NCBI GenBank assembly: GCA_950097015.1
Contig: CATNEN010000038.1
Location: 4,650,001-4,714,000, forward strand
Length of the DNA: 64,000 nt
Direction: 5' to 3'
Origin: Macrostomum hystrix
Taxonomy: Eukaryota; Animalia; Platyhelminthes
Of the stretch, positions 61,249 to 64,000 are shown in pieces; position 1 is the stretch's first letter, and each line of letters begins with the position of its first letter. Below the pieces are notes generated by a model, which was not told the DNA's origin, made no database searches, and worked only from the letters and a program-made list of their open reading frames with translations. The position numbers and the translations under genes are program-made.

Positions 61249-63206
61249 CCTGAGCCACAGCAGTCTGCAGCTTTGGCAGCCCGGCTGCTGTGGAAATCGC
61301 AGAAGTTAGGCCGAAAGCATCCAGAACAAACCAGTCTGCAGCAGCAGCATGAGACACAATATGAAGCCATATATAATCAGAAGCAGAATCAGTTGGCCAG
61401 TTTGCACAATGAGACTATAAATCTGCGCAGCACATGCCAGCAGCTGGCTCATAGGCTAACTCAGCTGGAGTCCTCCACAGCTGTCACCATTGAAGCTGTC
61501 AATCATTTAGACAATGACTTTATTGCAGCTTCATTGGCAGCGAGTGAGGAATTGGCTAGGGTGGCTCGGTTGGAACGCGAGAAGTCGGCGGCTGCAGATG
61601 CTGTGGCAGCTGCTGCATCTATCCAAGCTGAGATTGAGCACTTGCGACAGCGTCTGGCAGATTCTGCCACTGTCGAGTGGCACTTCAATGCGCTGCGCAG
61701 TGAGGTGTGTTACCGTGTATTGTTTGACACCCAGGGTTCTTGGATTAGAATTAAAACCTGATTTAGTAACAGCGGATAGTTAGGGTCCCAGTTTAGGATC
61801 AGTCAATTGTGAGTCCTATTTGGGATCTGGAAACAATAAAGGCCCAAGTTTTGAGGTAAAGAAAGGATTAAGGTTCGATTTGGCCATTTTGGGATCAGTG
61901 AATAAATAAGGTCCAATCAAGCCATTAGGGAAATATTATGGTCCAATTTCTGGATCAGAAAAGAAATGGTTTCCATATGTGATTCAGAAAAGGGCTCATG
62001 TCCAATTAGGGGAAAGGAAGGGATCTAGGTAATTTTGGGGATCAGAGCCGAAGGATATTGTTTAGGGTCAATTTTTAGGGATCAGGGAAAACATGAAAGC
62101 CTAGTTTGGGGATCTGGATAGATCAGCGAAGGCGTATGTTTGAGTTAATGATCAGGAAAGTGCCAAGTTCAGTTAAAAGACATTTCTTGCATCTTCCCGC
62201 AGGCACTCGAGGTCAACAATCTGCGCCGTCAGATCGCCCACGCTTTTGAAGCTGTCGACTCTGAGAAATCTAGCTGTCGCCGTTTGGAAGCTGAACGCTC
62301 CCGGTTGCTAGGCAACAGCAACGCCGATGACAATAAATCTTCGGTCGAGCATCTGAAACTAGCGTTGGAGGAGGCGCGCATGGCTCTGAGCGAGCAGCGT
62401 CGGTCAACGTGTCGAATTCGGTTGCAGTCGGAGCAGCTGGCTGGCCGGCTGGACGACGCGATGGAGCCAGAGGCTCAGAGGCTGCGTGAACAGATGCAGG
62501 CACTGCAGGAGAGAAGAGACGAATTACTGGTAACTAACTTTCCTATTTAAGCTTTCACCGCACTTTCTTGATCCTCTGATTCGATGGATTATAAAAAAAT
62601 CCTCAGATAAAACGTCTGTCTATTCTTTAATCTTTATTCTTAGGTTTAACACCTGTAGATTCTAAATCCTCCAGTTAACCGCCTGGCCATTTTAATCGTC
62701 AGATAAAACACCTGTCCATTCTTAAGCCCTAATCTGAATTCCTTATCATCACTCTAATACCTGTCCAATTTACAAAATAGTTAAATTGCAATTCACACCT
62801 GCAGGCTGAGCAGCAGCAGCAGTTTCTGCTGATGCAGATCGGCAGCAACAGCCAGTCTCTAGAAGCAGTCTCTGATTCAACAACAGCCGCGTCCTCCGTC
62901 AGAGCCGATCAGGTTGAGGAAGACGCGGATGTTGAGCAGCAGGTTCTGCTAGTTCGCATCCAATGCGGCCAATGGGAATCGGCCATTGCGGCTGCCAACG
63001 CTGAAATCAAAAGCCTGTGCGGCCGCCTTGACCAATTGGATGCATCCATCATGCGTCACAAGCTGGCTCCACTATCCAATGCTCTTCATATTAATCAGAG
63101 TAATAGAGTAACAGGATCGACAAAGTTTGATTTTGCATTGTCTGATGAGCCTGTGCCGCCGGACACTCCAGGCAGTAGGTTTATGGCCAGACAGAGGAAC
63201 CTTTGA
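61249..63206 (+). CDS. Uncharacterised coiled-coil protein; exons 61249-61704, 62203-62529, 62805-63206; possible short first coding exon ATG 60754-60765
   Basis: Three ORFs join in phase 0 through canonical sites (cacag|CCT, GAG|gtgtgt, cgcag|GCA, CTG|gtaact, tgcag|GCT). Heptad-rich E/Q/L/A/R composition. No family recognised. Confidence 0.7.
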
Positions 63207-63387
63207 AAGTTCATCGTATGAATCAACGTTTCCGCCCTTTACGATGAACTTAATTTCATAACTGTCTCAGTCAGGCAGTCAGCATCGTCGATGTATTCAG
63301 CGATTCGTTTCGAAGATCCTGGTGACAATAAGAACTAACGTTGCTCTTTATAAAAACAAAAAATATGAACAATATGTTACAGGAAAA

Positions 63388-63598
63388 TAGCCGACATGGT
63401 TATAATTAATAACTGCCAGAGGGCAGTTATTGCCCAGAGGGCAGGGCAATAACTGCCAGAGACCGACCCCCTAGCCGACATGGTTACGTAATGAATGTTT
63501 TGTGGGCAGAGAAGTTATGCCTATATTGGTATTTTTTGCCACCAGTCACCCTGACGAGAATCGTTGAACATCTCGACGATGCCAATGTTTTGTGGAAG
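63388..63598 (+). repeat. Dispersed repeat copy with a palindromic segment bounded by a 15-bp direct repeat
   Basis: tagccgacatggtta at 63388 and 63472; nested hairpins at 63408-63457. Confidence 0.65.
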
Positions 63599-64000
63599 TT
63601 GTTTCATCGGAGAGAGCGGGAAATTGTAGCCCCTATTCCGGATTTCCATGACGATTTGTTGAGTACTTTAGGTTGTTGAGCAATTTCTCCCGTGATGTTT
63701 CTACTCTTAAAAATAGTTCCAAGTTTCTTGTGCTGTTTACCCATTTTTGTCGTTGTGTTTGAATGCTGAGCATTCGGTGTGATGTATATATATAAAGGTG
63801 CCACGTTTTTTTTATTCTGCTTCTCTGTGAGCAGATCAACTCGCAGCTGGAACTCGTGTTAGGTCGCTTTTTTGTCTACTCTTTTACAAAGGTTCTTTTA
63901 TTTGTAGAGTCTTTCTTTATTTCTAAAGTCGTTTTTTAACCGACTACTTAGATAGCTCTGAATTCACAATCTGAAGCAACTAGTCTCGCAAAACGCACAT

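Noticed and set aside
1-64000. CRISPR-like appearance of regular 22-33-bp repeats
   Set aside because: The repeats are head-to-tail with no unique spacers, there are no cas genes, and the context is eukaryotic.

Overview
Eukaryotic (animal) genomic DNA with GT-AG spliced genes, GC-rich exons, and minisatellite arrays covering about 40% of the window. The style resembles a Macrostomum-type free-living flatworm; this is an inference, not verified. Genes reconstructed by reading splice sites: the 3' end of an anoctamin/TMEM16 (+); a complete RBM5/RBM10-like splicing factor (+, 8 exons); a couch potato/RBPMS/MEC-8-like RRM gene (-, convergent with RBM5); two near-identical, divergently oriented mitochondrial citrate carrier (SLC25A1) genes with a dead mariner transposon between them; a 3-exon N-acylation-type (MGC...) globin spread over 20 kb (-); and an unidentified coiled-coil gene (+). 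Nearly all very long ORFs in the track are artefacts of stop-free tandem repeats. Most unusual observations: (1) intronic minisatellites whose unit is a copy of the 5' splice donor and whose first unit is the real donor; (2) paired inverted satellite arrays (kb-scale foldbacks) in both globin introns; (3) SLC25A1 copies whose similarity covers acceptor-to-stop including introns but not the flanks, suggesting gene conversion; (4) a dense CAC-N10/12-CAC array, the RBPMS-family binding motif, at the 3' end of the RBPMS/cpo gene itself; (5) local CpG decay with TAGGCCTA clusters, suggesting 5'-biased gene-body methylation.
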